The notes: generated from the sequence alone by a model not told the origin. Numbered from the stretch's first letter, positions 40,381 to 55,300 are shown. The stretch is 64,000 nucleotides of DNA from Paraspadella gotoi (GCA_051294375.1 CM119271.1:10130291-10194290), one strand, 5' to 3'. Made by a program: numbers and translations.

Positions 40381-40875
40381 CCCGGATTTAAATGTCATAC
40401 GATATTAGTGACAGGGGGATTCCAAAGTCCGTTTGTAAATATTGTAAATATTGTGGATTTTAGTCCACCATAACATTTATATAATTAGAATGTGATCCGA
40501 CTTCACCAATCAGAGGTAATTTTCATGTGACGAAGCGATCTAGAAGCCAGGATGTAATTATGTTACGATTTAATGCGATCACTAAAACCCGTATGTAATT
40601 ATAGTACGATATAACGATCCCCGAAACCTGGATGTAATTAAAAATCCTCACAAGGACGAATTTAACCTCAGACGTAGGAGCCACAAAGTCTGAAGATCGA
40701 GGGGATTAAAAAGATCGATCGTTTCCTGCGTCATTAATTTGCGAGACGCGGGGCGATGATGACGATGATGATGATAACGATGACGATGACAATGACGATG
40801 ATGATAAAGATTGATAACAATAAAAATAATGATAATTGCATGAAAGTACAGAGATCATTATGAAGCGAATTATGT

Positions 40876-40944
<69 letters not shown>

Positions 40945-43363
40945 CGATGAAGATTCCGAATGATCGACGAAACTTCTTTTTTTGATAAATTATCCAAACC
41001 ATTTGTAAAACCGCCTCCTTGTTATTTGATTCTTAATCAACATCGCCTAATTTTATTTAACCCTGTATCTCATCAGAAGAGTAGATATTAGAGTAGAGAA
41101 TGAGTCACAAGAGAAGCGCGCGCACGAATAGCCGAGAAAGGATGATAGCAAGTCAGCTTGTAGATAATGACCGAATAGGAGTGCTATAGCGGTACGGCAG
41201 CGGCGGCAGGCGGGCAGAACAAAAAGCCGTCGGCAGCGGCGGGTCGGCTTGCTTGTCGTTTCCCTGATACACGTAATTGATATACCGAACCGGCGGTAAA
41301 GGGGGAAAAAAATAATGGCGTGAATAACAACGTATGGAGGCAGGGAGGTTACAATCAAATATGAAGCTTCTGGACCTCTGGTTTGAAGGCTGGATGGGCG
41401 GCGTCCGAGGGTAGGGGTTAAAATGAAGACCAATCGGCCATAAAAACCGAAGGTCGGGAGAAGAAGAACCCTCAGCAACACGGCTTTTTCTGCAGAAAAA
41501 TCGCCCATCCTTTTTTTTTCTTTATTTCTTTTTTCTCTTCGTTGGACCGGGAAAAAAAATTAGTTTCCGTCGTGGAAAAAAAAGGGGGGGGGGGAAAATA
41601 ACATTTTCCTTTTCCACCTCACAAACATTTTTTGTTTTCACTTTATTTTCTCTTTTCAGAGTAACGTGAGGAAAAAAAAATATCCCGTTGTTTATTTACG
41701 TCCGTCGCTTAGGCAACGGCGTCGGCTTGGCGACGAAGGCGATTTCTCAGTATTCGACTGAAAGAAAAGGAAAACGTAAATAAAAGAATGTAAAGAAAAA
41801 TAAACTTTGAAGGAGAAAAGAAAGAAAATGTAGGGACCGAATAGAGACGACGGGGTTACGTCACGTAATGTGCAGCGCCACCGCGCGGTTGTTGTTGTTG
41901 TTCGGTTGTTCTTCGCCTTTCCGTCGTTCGAGGTTGTTATTCGTCGTTATCGTCGTACGTCGTCCGTCGTCGTCGTTCGACCCGTGTTCTTGTTTTTAAT
42001 TTTGTTTCGCTCGTTCCACTGTTTGTTTATTCAAGGGGAACAACCTTTTCTGTGTAAATTCTCTCTCTCTCTCTCGATCTCTCTCTCATCTCTCCTCTAG
42101 TCCTCCTCTCTCATCTCTCGTCTCTCTCTCTTTCCTCCTCTCCTCATCTCTCTCTCTCTTTTCAGAAATCTCTCTAGGCCTTCCCCCTTATCCCTTTCTC
42201 TCTCCGCTTTCTCCGAACGGTCAGCCTTCCCCCCCTTTCCCCTCTCACGCCGTCGGCCGTCCTCTCCTGTCGCTTTCCCCCGACGAAAAGAAAAAAAAGC
42301 AGCTGTCCGGTTGTATCAATCCAACAAGAGAGAGAGTCAAGAGAGAGCAGAGAGAGAGAAGCAGAGAGAGAGCAGAGAGAGACGAGCAGAGAGGAGTCGA
42401 GAAGAGGAGAGAGAAAGGCAGAAGAGACTTTTTTTTTCATTCGGAGCTCGCCGTGGATCTTGTTTAACAGTCATGTAACCTCAAGGAGGAAAGGAAGCGG
42501 AGCAGCAGAGAGAGACAGAGAGAGAGAAGAGCAGAAAGAGCAGAGAGCAGACGAGGAGAGAGACCAACACTAGAGAACAGAGAAGTACGAAGCAGACGGG
42601 GAGAGGGATATAACTAAGCGGAGCAGAGATACGCGTGAGCGAGTCAACTAGCGGGCTGATAGCGCTAGGCAAGTGGTGAGGAACGCTGCACGCTGGTGCT
42701 GGTTGTGGTCTCGATCAGGGTAACGGACGGCGCTACCGGTGCTACAGGTCGGGCGCGTCTACCGCGCGTGAATCGGGATGCCGCGCGAGACCAGCTGTGC
42801 GGTATGGAGAAGTCCTTCGACCGCGGAATCGCGGACTGCTCACCGGATTTAATGTCCATACGAATATTAGTGACAGGGGAGAATTCCCAAAGTCCGTTTG
42901 TAAATATTGTAAATATTGTGATTTTAGTCCACCATAACATTTATATAATTAAATGTGATCCGACTTCAACCAATCAGAGGTAATTTTCATGTGACGAAGC
43001 GATCTAGAAGCCAGGATGTAATTATGTTTACGATTTAATGCGATCACTAAAACCCGTATGTAATTATAGTACGATATAACGATCCCCGAAACCTGGATGT
43101 AATTAAAAATCCTCACAAGGACGAATTAACCTCAGACGTAGGAGCCACAAAGTCTGAAGATCGAGGGGATTAAAAAGATCGATCGTTTCCTGCGTCATTA
43201 ATTTGCGAGACGCGGGGCGATGATGACGATGATGATGATAACGATACGATGACAATGACGATGATGATAAAGATTGATAACAATAAAAATAATGATAATT
43301 GCATGAAAGTACAGAGATCATTATGAAGCGAATTATGTTGATGATGATGATGATGATGAATGA

Positions 43364-43429
<66 letters not shown>

Positions 43430-43545
43430 CGATGAAGATTCGAATGATCGACGAAACTTCTTTTTTTTGATAAATTATCCAAACCATTTGTAAAACGCGC
43501 TCCTTGTTATTTGATTCTTAATCAACATCGCCTAATTTTTATGTT
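40381..43545. repeat. Direct duplication: 40381-41060 repeated at 42843-43545
   Basis: Near-identical sequence including the (ATG)n tract; adjacent to an N gap. Confidence 0.9.
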
Positions 43546-43635
43546 AACCTGTCACCTCACGCTCGTATGCCAATTCGGTTCTAGACGAANNNNNNNNNNN
43601 NNNNNNNNNNNNNNCCTCACGCTCCCGTTGCCATC

Positions 43636-43844
43636 GGTTCTACGAACAATCGAATCTGTGAAAAAATAGGCTTCTCTCGATCCGTGGATCCGTGGATCCG
43701 TGGATCCGTCGATCCGTGATCCGGGGATCCGTGGATCCATGGATCCGTCGATCCGTGGGTTCACTCGGTCCTTTCACACTTGAACTCTGTCCCTGACGAC
43801 GAGAAGACGACGACGTGGAGGAAGGAAGACTGGGGATCGGATTG

Positions 43845-43918
<74 letters not shown>

Positions 43919-45617
43919 ATTTTCCACTCCCTTTAAAAACTATAAGAAGCACATAATTAAGGCAATGACTATTTTTACTACATCCAATCGACACGTATTA
44001 AATAAATTCCACTCGCTAGTGTTGAGTACAAAATATATTACTTTAGAGAGTGATCTTTTAATACAATTGAAACATTATTTGAAACATTATACCTCTTGAT
44101 TGATAGGGAAGCCAGGAACTCCGTGAGTGAATAAACGAGACTGCGAGGGTCCTTGCTACGTTATTATCTTACAAAAGGGATGGAGGCCTCAAACCACCAA
44201 AAGCCTGTCAAAAGTCAGGGGCAAGATAGCTTATTTATTGAATGAATGGATAATTTTATATTGGTTGTACCAATTTAAATATATTTATAATTAACTAATA
44301 TCCGTAGCAAAGCCTCCATTTTTAACCCCTCCACGCTACAGTCCTTTTGAATCCAGAAATGCCGATCTCTCATTCTTCGACTTCTTCTCGACATTTGTAC
44401 AAATAAAGACGTCGCTCTTCTCTCCTTCCTTAAAGACGATGATGATGATGATGATGATGATGACTAGAATGACTAACTCAACTCTCTCGTCCTCTCACAC
44501 TCTCACTCACTGAACTCCAACCCAGTTTTGGATAAGAGTTTAAAAACCGACATTAAATGTGTAAATCGATGCTGATTGAATTAAATAAACATTCGTTCCT
44601 CCTCCTCCTCCTCCTCCTCCTCCTCCTCCGCCCTTCTATTCACGACGATCAAAAACTGTTCTATATCTGATTTATGATTTTCAATTGAAAAGATGAAAAT
44701 AAAAAAGGATTCGATCCTTTTAGCGTAAAACAAGAACGTTAATTCAAATGCGTTGCGCCGCAGTGACTGCCTTATCATGTGTGTTTCTTGCGACATGACA
44801 TGACATTACATGACATGACGACGTACATGACTACATGACTACCATAACTTTCTTAGCTCGTGTATTTATGACAAGCACTGCATCGGAATTTTTTCTTTGG
44901 TCTTTTGTCTTTTATTTCCTGAAGGCGGCGCTAACAGTCTCTTAGATTTTAGGTTTTTTTCCTGTCTTTAATAATGAGCACCCACTATAAGCAAGTTATG
45001 AGCATTTTAAAGTGGGACAGACCGACGGACAGACATACGACGGACAGACATACCGACGGACCGACCGGCGAGGAGCTTTGGTCCCGTTTACGAGATTAAT
45101 TTTCGAGATTAATCTAAATTAATGCGGGAACGAAAACGCATTTTTTTTATCTCAGACGTTTAAATCGTCTATAAGTCTCGAGTGTTATTGAGTTCAATTG
45201 AGTGCGTTAAACAATAATAAATAATATAACTTAAGATACGTGACAAATCTTCGCCCGTGGATCGCTTCAATAAAAAACTACCGCCTTTATTTTATGTCTA
45301 TAAAATTTACATTAAATGAGGTTAATAGGGGTTCAATTGGTAAGTATTTTATAAACAACGGTTTGTAAACAAGAGATAGTATAGGTGCTTTTTATACAGC
45401 TAGATATTTTATTTTGGGACAAACGAAGATGGCCCACGACTGCTAAATTCGGATACAGACGCGAATGTTGAATGGCAAGCGGATGCTGGATGACAAATGC
45501 TCGAATTGCAAAAAATCTTAGATTCGATATTTTTTTGATGATTCGTTTTCGTTGAAAGACTTGGTCGCGGAGGCGGTTAATTTCTTATCTCATTCCGAGA
45601 TAAAGTTTTAGGAATTT

Positions 45618-45684
<67 letters not shown>

Positions 45685-45916
45685 CTCTCTCTCGTCTTCT
45701 CTCTCGGTTCTACGAACAATCGAATCTGTGAAAAAATAGGCTTCTCTCGATCCGTGGATCCGTGGATCCGTGGATCCGTCGATCCGTGGATCCGTGGATC
45801 CGTGGATCCATGGATCCGTCGATCCGTGGGTTCACTCGGTCCTTTCACACTTGAACTCTGTCCCTTGACGACGAGAAGACGACGACGTGGAGGAAGGAAG
45901 ACTGGGGATCGGATTG

Positions 45917-45977
<61 letters not shown>

Positions 45978-47368
45978 TTTCCACTCCCTTTAAAACTATA
46001 AGAAGCACATAATTAAGCAATGACTATTTTTACTACATCCAATCGACACGTATTAAATAAATTCCACTCGCTAGTGTTGAGTACAAAATAATACTTTAGA
46101 GAGTGATCTTTTAATACAATTGAAACATTATTTGAAACATTATACCTCTTGATTGATAGGGAAGCCAGGAACTCCGTGAGTGAATAAACGAGACTGCGAG
46201 GGTCCTTGCTACGTTATTATCTTACAAAAGGGATGGAGGCCTCAAACCACCAAAGCCTGTCAAAAGTCAGGGGCAAGATAGCTTATTTATTGAATGAATG
46301 GATAATTTTATATTGGTTGTACCAATTTAAATATATTTATAATTAACTAATATCCGTAGCAAAGCCTCCATTTTTAACCCCTCCCACGCTACAGTCCTTT
46401 TGAATCCAGAAATGCCGATCTCTCATTCTTCGACTTCTTCTCGACATTTGTACAAATAAAGACGTCGCTCTTCTCTCCTTCCTTAAAGACGATGATGATG
46501 ATGATGATGATGATGACTAGAATGACTAACTCAACTCTCTCTCCTCTCACACTCTCACTCACTGACTCCAACCCAGTTTTGGATAAGAGTTTAAAAACCG
46601 ACATTAATGTGTAAATCGATGCTGATTGAATTAAATAAACATTCGTCCTCCTCCTCCTCCTCCTCCTCCTCCTCCTCCGCCCTTCTATTCACGACGAATA
46701 CAAAAACTGTTCTATATCTGATTTATGATTTTCATTGAAAAGATGAAAATAAAAAAGGATTCGATCCTTTTAGCGTAAAACAAGAACGTTAATTCAAATG
46801 CGTTGCGCCGCAGTGACTGCCTTATCATGTGTGTTTCTTGCGACATGACATGACATTACATGACATGACGACGTGACATGACTACATGACTACCATAACT
46901 TTCTTAGCTCGTGTATTTATGACAAGCACTGCATCGNNNNNNNNNNNNNNNNNNNNNNNNNNNNNNNNNNNNNNNNNNNNNNNNNNNNNNNNNNNNNNNN
47001 NNNNNNNNNNNNNNNNNNNNNNNNNNNNNNNNNNNNNNNNNNNNNNNNNNNNNNNNNNNNNNNNNNNNNNNNNNNNNNNNNNNNNNNNNNNNNNNNNNNN
47101 NNNNNNNNNNNNNNNNNNNNNNNNNNNNNNNNNNNNNNNNNNNNNNNNNNNNNNNNNNNNNNNNNNNNNNNNNNNNNNNNNNNNNNNNNNNNACAGACAT
47201 ACCGACGGACAGACATACCGACGGACCGACCGCGAGGAGCTTTGGTCCCGTTTACGAGATTAATTTTCGAGATTAATCTAAATTAATGCGGGAACGAAAA
47301 CCATTTTTTTTATCTCGACGTTTAAATCGTCTATAAGTCTCGAGTGTTATTGAGTTCAATTGAGTGCG
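43636..47368. repeat. Tandem direct duplication: 43636-45206 repeated at 45705-47368
   Basis: Near-identical sequence including (GATCCGTG)n; second copy interrupted by Ns. Confidence 0.92.
44010..44277 (+). mobile_element. Dispersed ~270-330 bp repeat family, unclassified
   Basis: End motif caagatagct.atttatt.aatgaatggataattttt atattggttgtaccaattt also at 6595-6717, 18513-18557, 33575-33958 (reverse) and 46065-46327. Confidence 0.7.
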
Positions 47369-47556
47369 NNNNNNNNNNNNNNNNNNNNNNNNNNNNNNNN
47401 NNNNNNNNNNNNNNNNNNNNNNNNNNNNNNNNNNNNNNNNNNNNNNNNNNNNNNNNNNNNNNNNNNNNNNNNNNNNNNNNNNNNNNNNNNNNNNNNNNNN
47501 NNNNNNNNNNNNNNNNNNNNNNNNNNNNNNNNNNNNNNNNNNNNNNNNNNNNNNNN

Positions 47557-47602
<46 letters not shown>

Positions 47603-48011
47603 CAATTCCTAAACTTATCTCGAATGAGATAAGAAATTAACCGCCTCCGCGACCAAGTCTTTCACGAAAACGAATCATCCAAAAAAATATCGAATCTAAG
47701 ATTTTTTTGCAATTCGAGCATTTGTGCATCCCAGCATTCCGCTTGCCATTCAATCATTCGCGTCTGTATCGAATTAGCAGTCGTGGCCATCTCGTTGCAC
47801 TCCAAAATAAATATCTAGCTGTATAAAAAGCACCTATTACTCTCTTGTTTACCAAACCGTTGGTTTATAAAATACTTACCAATTAACCCTATTAACCTCA
47901 TTTAATGTAAATTTTATAGACATAAAATAAAGGCGGTAGTTTTTTATTTGAGCGATCCACGGGCGAAGATTTGTCACGTATCTTAAGTTATATTATTTAT
48001 TATTGTTTAAC
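47557..48011. repeat. Inverted copy of 45206-45660
   Basis: Reverse-complement match, e.g. aattaaccgcctccgcgaccaagtct vs agacttggtcgcggaggcggttaatt. Confidence 0.9.
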
Positions 48012-48750
48012 AGGGCGTGGCCATATTTGGCGGGAAATCTATTACCAGTTTTGTAGGACCATATTCTATAATATCGTAATTGGTATTAATAAAAAAAAAG
48101 AAGAAATCTTAACGAAACAATTTTTTTAATTTATAAAGCTTAACAAAAGCTATGATTTTCACATCTGATCCTTGAACGATCTTTGTAGTTACTTATGAAT
48201 GAGTTCGTAACATTTTATTAATGGTTATTAATGGTAATTTTAATAATGGTTCCATTTTTTGTCTTTTGTTTTTGTGGAATTTTAATAGTTTAGTTTTTAA
48301 TTGTTTATCGTTTTCCAATCTTTTACACTGTTACTGTTTCTGATTCGGTTAATACTATTTTTGATATTAAGTAAATAAAAAAAGAAAATTAAGAAGATAA
48401 AAAAAAACAATAGAAAGCCGTAATTTTTTAGGTGATGATATACGAGAGTGCCGAAAAAAATACGAATTTCGCTGAATATGCTACTAAAAGGGCAACGAGG
48501 AGAGAGTACGATACAGTACATTACAGTACATTACAGTACTGTATAAAATACAGAGTTCCGCGAGTCAAAATTCGCATTTTTGTTTTTAAATATAAGTTTT
48601 CATGCAAACATTGAGTGACCGGTTCCGTGCCCATCTTGAAAAAAAAAAAAAGGTTGAAGAAACAAATATATATTTATATATATATAAACGAAGAAACGTA
48701 TATAGAAAGAAAATTTAAAAAAAAACCGGAAATAAACTAAAGAAACTAAC

Positions 48751-51129
48751 GGGAAAGTAAAGGTGAGTTTCTTTTCCCGAGATTTCGTTTCCCGTGTCGT
48801 CATTTCCGGTTTGACGTCCGTCGGCGATTCGTCGCATTCGGGAATAACTGCCGAACCGGGAGTCGACGGTGTGCTGATGGGAAGAACGGATGGGAAGTAC
48901 GGATGGGAAAAACGGATGGGAAGAACGGATAGAAACGGATGAGAAGCGGCATGGGAAAACGGATGGGAGAACGGATTGGATAACGGATAGAAACGGACGT
49001 GGAGCGGCATGGGAAAACGGATGGGAGAACGGATGGGAGAACGGATTGGATAACGGATAGAAACAGACGTGGAGCGGCATGGGAAAACGGATGGGAGTAC
49101 ATATGGGAGAACAGATGGGAGAAGGGATAGAAATGGACGTGGAGCAGCAAGAGAAAATGGATGGAAGAATGGATGGGAGAACAGATAGGAAAACGGATGG
49201 GATAACGGATGTGATAATGGATCAGAGAATCGATAGGAGAACATATGGAAAAAAGGATGGGGTAACGGATGGGAGAACAGATAGAAATGGACATGGAGCA
49301 GCATGGGAGAACAGATAGGAGAACGGAGAGGAGCATGGATGGGATAATGGATGGAAGAACAGAGGGGAGAATGGATGGGAGAACGGATGGAAGAACGGAT
49401 GGAAACGGACATGGAGCGGCATGTGAAAGGGAACGAAAGGGAACAAATGGGAACAACCAGAGAACGGACGGGAACAGAAGAGAATGGTTGGGAACAGATG
49501 GAAATAGATGTGAACAGATGGAAACAGACAGGAACAGGTGGAAATGGATAAACGATTGATGGAATAGACGAAAAAAAAAGACAGGAACGAATTCAAACAA
49601 ACAGCAACGAACGGAAACATAAAGGAACGGATGAGAAAGAACGGGAACGCATGGAACGGACGGGAAAGGATGGGAACGAACGTGTTCGGGGGGGAACGGA
49701 CGGGAACGAACGCGTACGGACGGGAACGTATATAAAGTACGGAAGAGACGAAAAACGTTTTAAACACAAAAAAAAAGTGAAAACAATTTGGAATTGACAA
49801 ATTATCGAAAGTGAGGGTAAATGTCGTGAGTTGACAAAGGTAAGAGTTGATTGGTGGATTGGATTTGAAAGGTAAGTCAAAGAGAAACGCGCGACGGCGT
49901 CGTGACGGTTGCGGAAGAGGGAGAGATATGGGTTAAGAGGGTGAGCGATTAGGGTAAGTCCGACGCAAGAAAGAAACGGAAAAAAAATTTATGAGGGTTT
50001 ATTTTTTATTTTTTTGATGGAAGAATTTTGTCTTCAAATTTGACTTTTAAACATTTAGGATTTTGGGGCAATTGAGTAAGAAATAAGGAATGAGGTTTTT
50101 TGTTTTTTAAGAATTGTATATTTTTTGGTTTCTTTTTTGGTTTGAAATACGTTTTAAATATTTACAACTGAATGGATATCTGAGCTCTGAAGGGTTTTTA
50201 GATCCGTTTCAAAAGTTTCAACATCCTCTTGTCTTATCGGCCGTACATAAAATTTTACAAAACGTTTCAAGCAAAAAAAAAAAAAGTCTTTCTTTTGCCC
50301 AGGACCCGGTCGATTAAAGAAGGTAAAATGAAAAAAATTGAAAATAAATCTTGTTCAAAGAAAGAAATAAAAAAAACCCGGGCCACTAACAAATGAACAC
50401 CCTTATACAAAAAAGGTTAACTTACCTGGGGCGATTTCTGGAATTTTTGGGTTGTAAAGATGGAGATAATCGAAGCGCGGGCGGACGAGGACCAATTTTA
50501 CTTCCATCAGACCCTAAAAGTGAAAAAAAAACAACAATATCTCAACTACGGGGCGGTAATTTTTAACCCGAGCGTCTTGGATGAAGGACAAACAAAACAA
50601 TTTACCAAAAATATTATCACAAACGTCGAGTGACTGCGAGACCAAGATTTACCATTTTCTTTGTTACTCGGCGTAATTGGGCTCAGAATAGCTTAACTGG
50701 ATTTTTAAAAGACTTACAAGATTATTTTTGACAACATTTATGTCAAAAATTGACTACGCCGACCGAGTTGACACTTGCGGTCGCAATTTTCATGAGACTG
50801 AAAATGTCTCCTTTGCCTAACTAACCATATGCACTTATGCAGTCAACTCTGACCAGATGCAGTCAACTCTAACCAGATGCAGTTAACTCTAACCAGACGC
50901 AGACAACTCTAACCAGAAGCAGTCAACTCTAACCAGATGCAGTCAACTCTAACCAATTATTTCAAAATTAGCTATTAGAAAATAAATACGGAAAGATTTA
51001 TCGGTACGATCGGACCTGCGGCGGACGAGGCCCTGGTGTGGTTGGATCCGGGGTCCTTGGGCGAAAAGCCACTTCTGATCCCATCCACTGTGACGTCATC
51101 ATCGTCATCATCTTCGTCTGATTTCACAA
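48751..51129 (-). CDS. Unidentified multi-exon gene fragment (acidic/Ser-Pro-rich)
   Basis: Exons 51016-51129 (VKSDEDDDDDDVTVDG...), 50426-50513 (GSDGSKIGPRPPALRLSP...), 48751-48873 (STPSTPGSAVIPECDESP...) with AG/GT boundaries and matching phases; possible last exon near 48590-48634. Confidence 0.55.
48875..49740. repeat. Degenerate 12-bp-based minisatellite (GGATGGGAGAAC) with higher-order ~60-70 bp units
   Basis: Directly visible; explains the repetitive HPFS/SVLP ORFs. Confidence 0.88.
50837..50955. repeat. 20-bp tandem repeat (ATGCAGTCAACTCTAACCAG) x ~6
   Basis: Directly visible. Confidence 0.92.
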
Positions 51130-52086
51130 CTGGAGAAGAGAAAGGGGCGTTGGGGAATACGGGGGACATTAAAAGCTGAAAATATTAGAAGAGCTGTTAG
51201 TAAAATACTCGTTTTCTGTACTATTTAACGATCTAATATAATTTCAAAGGGGAACGAACATTGGCGATCATTTACTTTTCGTTGGGGAATCGGAGGAAAA
51301 AACCACTCATCTCATGTTTAATGCGCAAGAAATTAAGCAATATTTAACATTCTTTAGTTTTATTGATTGTTACAAAGTTCTTCCCCCGGGACCCTCGCTC
51401 TTGAAATCGGTCAACGTGTTTCGATTTTAAATCTATCAGAAAATGTAGTTCTTAGAATTAAATTTCAAATATTAGCTTCCTTTGTCTTGTTTGTGAATAT
51501 TTAAGGAGGAAAGGGCGGTTTGTGTTATCTTCCGAAAATAGACATCGTCTATACGACCCAAGGTTAATAAACTCTCTGTCCGAGGTTTTCAATTATATGT
51601 CATATATATATATATATTTCATTACAAACAACACTCCCGGGTCGATTCGGATCGTCTAATCAAAGTTGTTAAAAACAAGGGCTTTCTTTTTCCTGCTTCA
51701 TTTAAGATTAAATACAAGAGGGAAGTGAGTTAATTTGATTATGTCGAGACTTCCCCCCCCCCTCCTCCCCCCTCCCGGCCTACGCCCCCCCTTATCTTGA
51801 TTGTTCTCATTTCCTTTTGTTTTCTCTTCATTTAGTGAAATTGAAATTTAAAACAAGCATAGAAACTTCTTGTTACTTTAATTAGGAGAAACCTGACTTA
51901 CTTTTTTGTGTATTTTTTTGCCCATTTAGCTTTTTTTTCAGAAAAATAACTGTCTTTATAATCGATTAATATAAAAATCCTATTCAAAAATACAACTCCA
52001 GGCTTGGAATATCTACTGAGTCAGAGTGATCTACTGATAAAAATTCTGCAGGCTCAGCACAAACTCTCTATCTTTTTTTCTTTATT

Positions 52087-52178
<92 letters not shown>

Positions 52179-52681
52179 TTAAGACCAAGAATCAGAACGA
52201 TCAGTCATAATTAAAATTTAAAGGGTTAGGAAACTTAAGTGGGCTCATAATTATGTGTTTGCGTCGAGGGTTTTTTCTTTCCTAACATTTTTTTCTTAAA
52301 ATTTATCTATCATTAATATGTATTATTTTTCACTCCAACTCAATAGTATTGATAATTTTATTTTAGTGTTAAGTCGCAAAGTAATCTAAAATCTGTTTAA
52401 AAAATACGATTATTTAAATCGTTTCCTTTTTATACCAATAAAGACAGAAAAAAAATTTACCAAAAGAAAAATTGCGTTTAAAAAAATAAAGTCAGTTCAC
52501 AACTTCACATCTGCCGAGTTAATCAGTTTTTAAACTTATACGACGATCACCTAATATTTTTTTAAATTTTTTAAAAACAAGAAACTTCCACTTATCGGAC
52601 TCCTCCCCTCCGCCCTTTGACCGAGAAGTTGTAAACTGAAAACCGCATGTGAGACAGAGAGTAGAGAGAGAGAGAGAGAGA

Positions 52682-52764
<83 letters not shown>

Positions 52765-54295
52765 AGCCCTCAAATGAACGCAGTGCCACGATTTGTAGGC
52801 GCATGTTCAAAGTTCGCGAATAAGTCGTAAAGGCTCCTTGGTCCCAAAAAATGCAGACAAAGACAAAGGAATGCCGGATACAGTTTGGCAAACACGAAAC
52901 CACGCTCATTAGATAACAGATGCTTCGAGGACAACGGCAGAGGATAAGCTCTAAAGCCGCAAACGCATGGCGAACTGGGGGAATCTACTCCCATTTGAGC
53001 TATCAACATGTTCAGATCTAAGCAATCCCTTAGGTCGGTGGTTTATTTTCGATATATTATAAGATTTTGTCTGTTATATTATATACAAAATATTATATAT
53101 AGTTATATACCATCTTATCCTCATGGTTTTTATTAATATATATATATTTTCATCTTTTATTTGCTCGAGGAGAGCAAACAGACGCTTAAATCAGAAGGCG
53201 ACACCCGAAAACTGCCTCATTAGCGCCTCAAAATTAGCTAAATTTAGCCACCCGCATACACAGGGGTCAGGGGTTCCTAACCCACCTATTTTCTCTCGCT
53301 AAAAGTTGTCAGTCGCTCTTCTAGAGAAGGCGCTAACCAACGGATTATAAACGGTATCTATTTTTGTACTAGCTCTTCATTGTCTTCAATCTTCACTTAT
53401 TCGAATATTTTTCTATTTCGTAAATTAAATATTCGACGAATATTATTATTCTATCAATACCTATCTCTTTAGACTACTACAAGAGACAGACCCCCACCCC
53501 ATTTCAAAATCTGCTCCGAGTTCGTTCGTTCATCGGAATCTTTTCTCAATTTTCTTTTATTGACAACTGAAAAATTACGAAAAATATTTCCCTTCAAAAA
53601 CAGCGATTTTTCGTTTCCTATCGACTTCTTCTAATAAAGAGAGGTTTTCTTTCATAAAGTTTATCCAACGTCGCGACGTGTTTTACTAACTGTTTAGAGG
53701 CTATAACGAAGTCATAAAAGAACGTTTATAAACATTATTCATTAAGCAAGGAAACAGTAAATATTTCATCATAACGGAAAACAGAAAAGGGCGTGTTTGA
53801 ATTCATACCAAAAAAAATTTAAACATGATATAGTTTTTTAACGAAGGCTTTTTTTTGCGGTTATGGTGGACTAAAATCCACCAACCGTTCATATTTTAAA
53901 AGTTACTAAACAAAAATTAAAATTTCTAAATTGAAATCAAGGCCTTCGTTTTAAATTTATTCCGCGAATTCAAACTTTTTTCTCAGCAAAGGTTCCAATT
54001 GTTTAACTCAATAAAAAATTTTGGTCGCATTTCCATGCACACATTTGGAAAATTCAAAAACACAACGAAACCGGTCCTAAATCCGTTAAATAATCAAATG
54101 GTTGGAGAAGTATATGTTAAGAATATTTCAAGCCAGAACACAAGGATTACGCTTAAACGAAATGCGTCAAGTATGACGTATTTATGTTTTATTATTTAGA
54201 TAAGACGACAATTTTCGTATAACAACAATTTAATTTTATTTCAGAGAAAAAATATATAAAAATATATTATTATTATATTTTATATTTAATTTCGG

Positions 54296-54328
<33 letters not shown>

Positions 54329-54386
54329 TCTCTCTAACTTAGTGCCTAAACTAAAGCTAAAGCCCCACTCAGATAAATGTTCAAAT

Positions 54387-54456
<70 letters not shown>

Positions 54457-55139
54457 GACGTTCGCGATTCACGCGGAGTCTCTTTTTTTGTTTTGAACAA
54501 TTTTTTTTTCTGGCCGAGTTTTCAGACCGGATTGTGAACAAGACAGCACCACATAAGACACAACCTGGCTGACTGTCTTGTCATTGCTATGTTTTCTACT
54601 AATTTCTAATCAGTATTAAATGTAAACTGCTGTGAAATTTATCAAATTCCATGAAAGGAAAATAAAATAGAATTGAATGGCCTAAATTATTCAACTGAAG
54701 TTAATATCCAAATTTTAATTTTGAATTGAGTAAATATTTCTGCAATGAGAAAGCACGTGCTTTTTTTGACGCACCTCGGTTTTCGGTAATGCGCTGCAGT
54801 CCTGAAAACGCAAAATTTGGTTGATTAGATTATAATAAAAAGTTTAAAAAATTTTTTTAAAAGTTTTTCATATAATAATAAATATTTTTTTAAAATTCTC
54901 ATATTAATAATAGTTGTATTAATATAAACATTAACTGGTTTAACTAATACTACTCCCAAAAGAAAATTTAACAATCGGCTAATTTTACACAAATTTAAAA
55001 TAATTATTATAAAATTTTTATAAGTAATATGAATAAATAAATAATTATTAAACTAAATTTTCAGTTTTCCTCAACGCTTTCGTAGTAGTACTCCAATGTA
55101 TTGTTTCGCAACGGCATCAGCACGAAAATCCTCAATTTT

Positions 55140-55300
55140 CGAGCATCCCTGATTGGCCGAGCCAAACCGGCGTTTCGCAACGAATCCGACCAATCGAAAC
55201 GTCGGAGAGCGAGCTCACGACGCAATAAACGGACTCTTACGGCCCGTTTTCGACCAATCAGAAGAAGGAGTCAATCCTGGCGCGTTTGGGTATGAAAGGG
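55140..55300. promoter_or_regulatory. Putative CCAAT-box (NF-Y) promoter
   Basis: ATTGG 55152, CCAAT 55190 and 55254, GCAAT 55222, TGGCGCG ~55278 in a CpG-rich patch between divergently oriented genes. Confidence 0.5.

Noticed and set aside
48600-49880. Several long repetitive ORFs
   Set aside because: Products of the 12-bp minisatellite; only 48751-48873 looks exonic
52770-53009. 79-aa minus-strand ORF after an acceptor-like site
   Set aside because: No recognisable motif and no phase link to neighbouring exons
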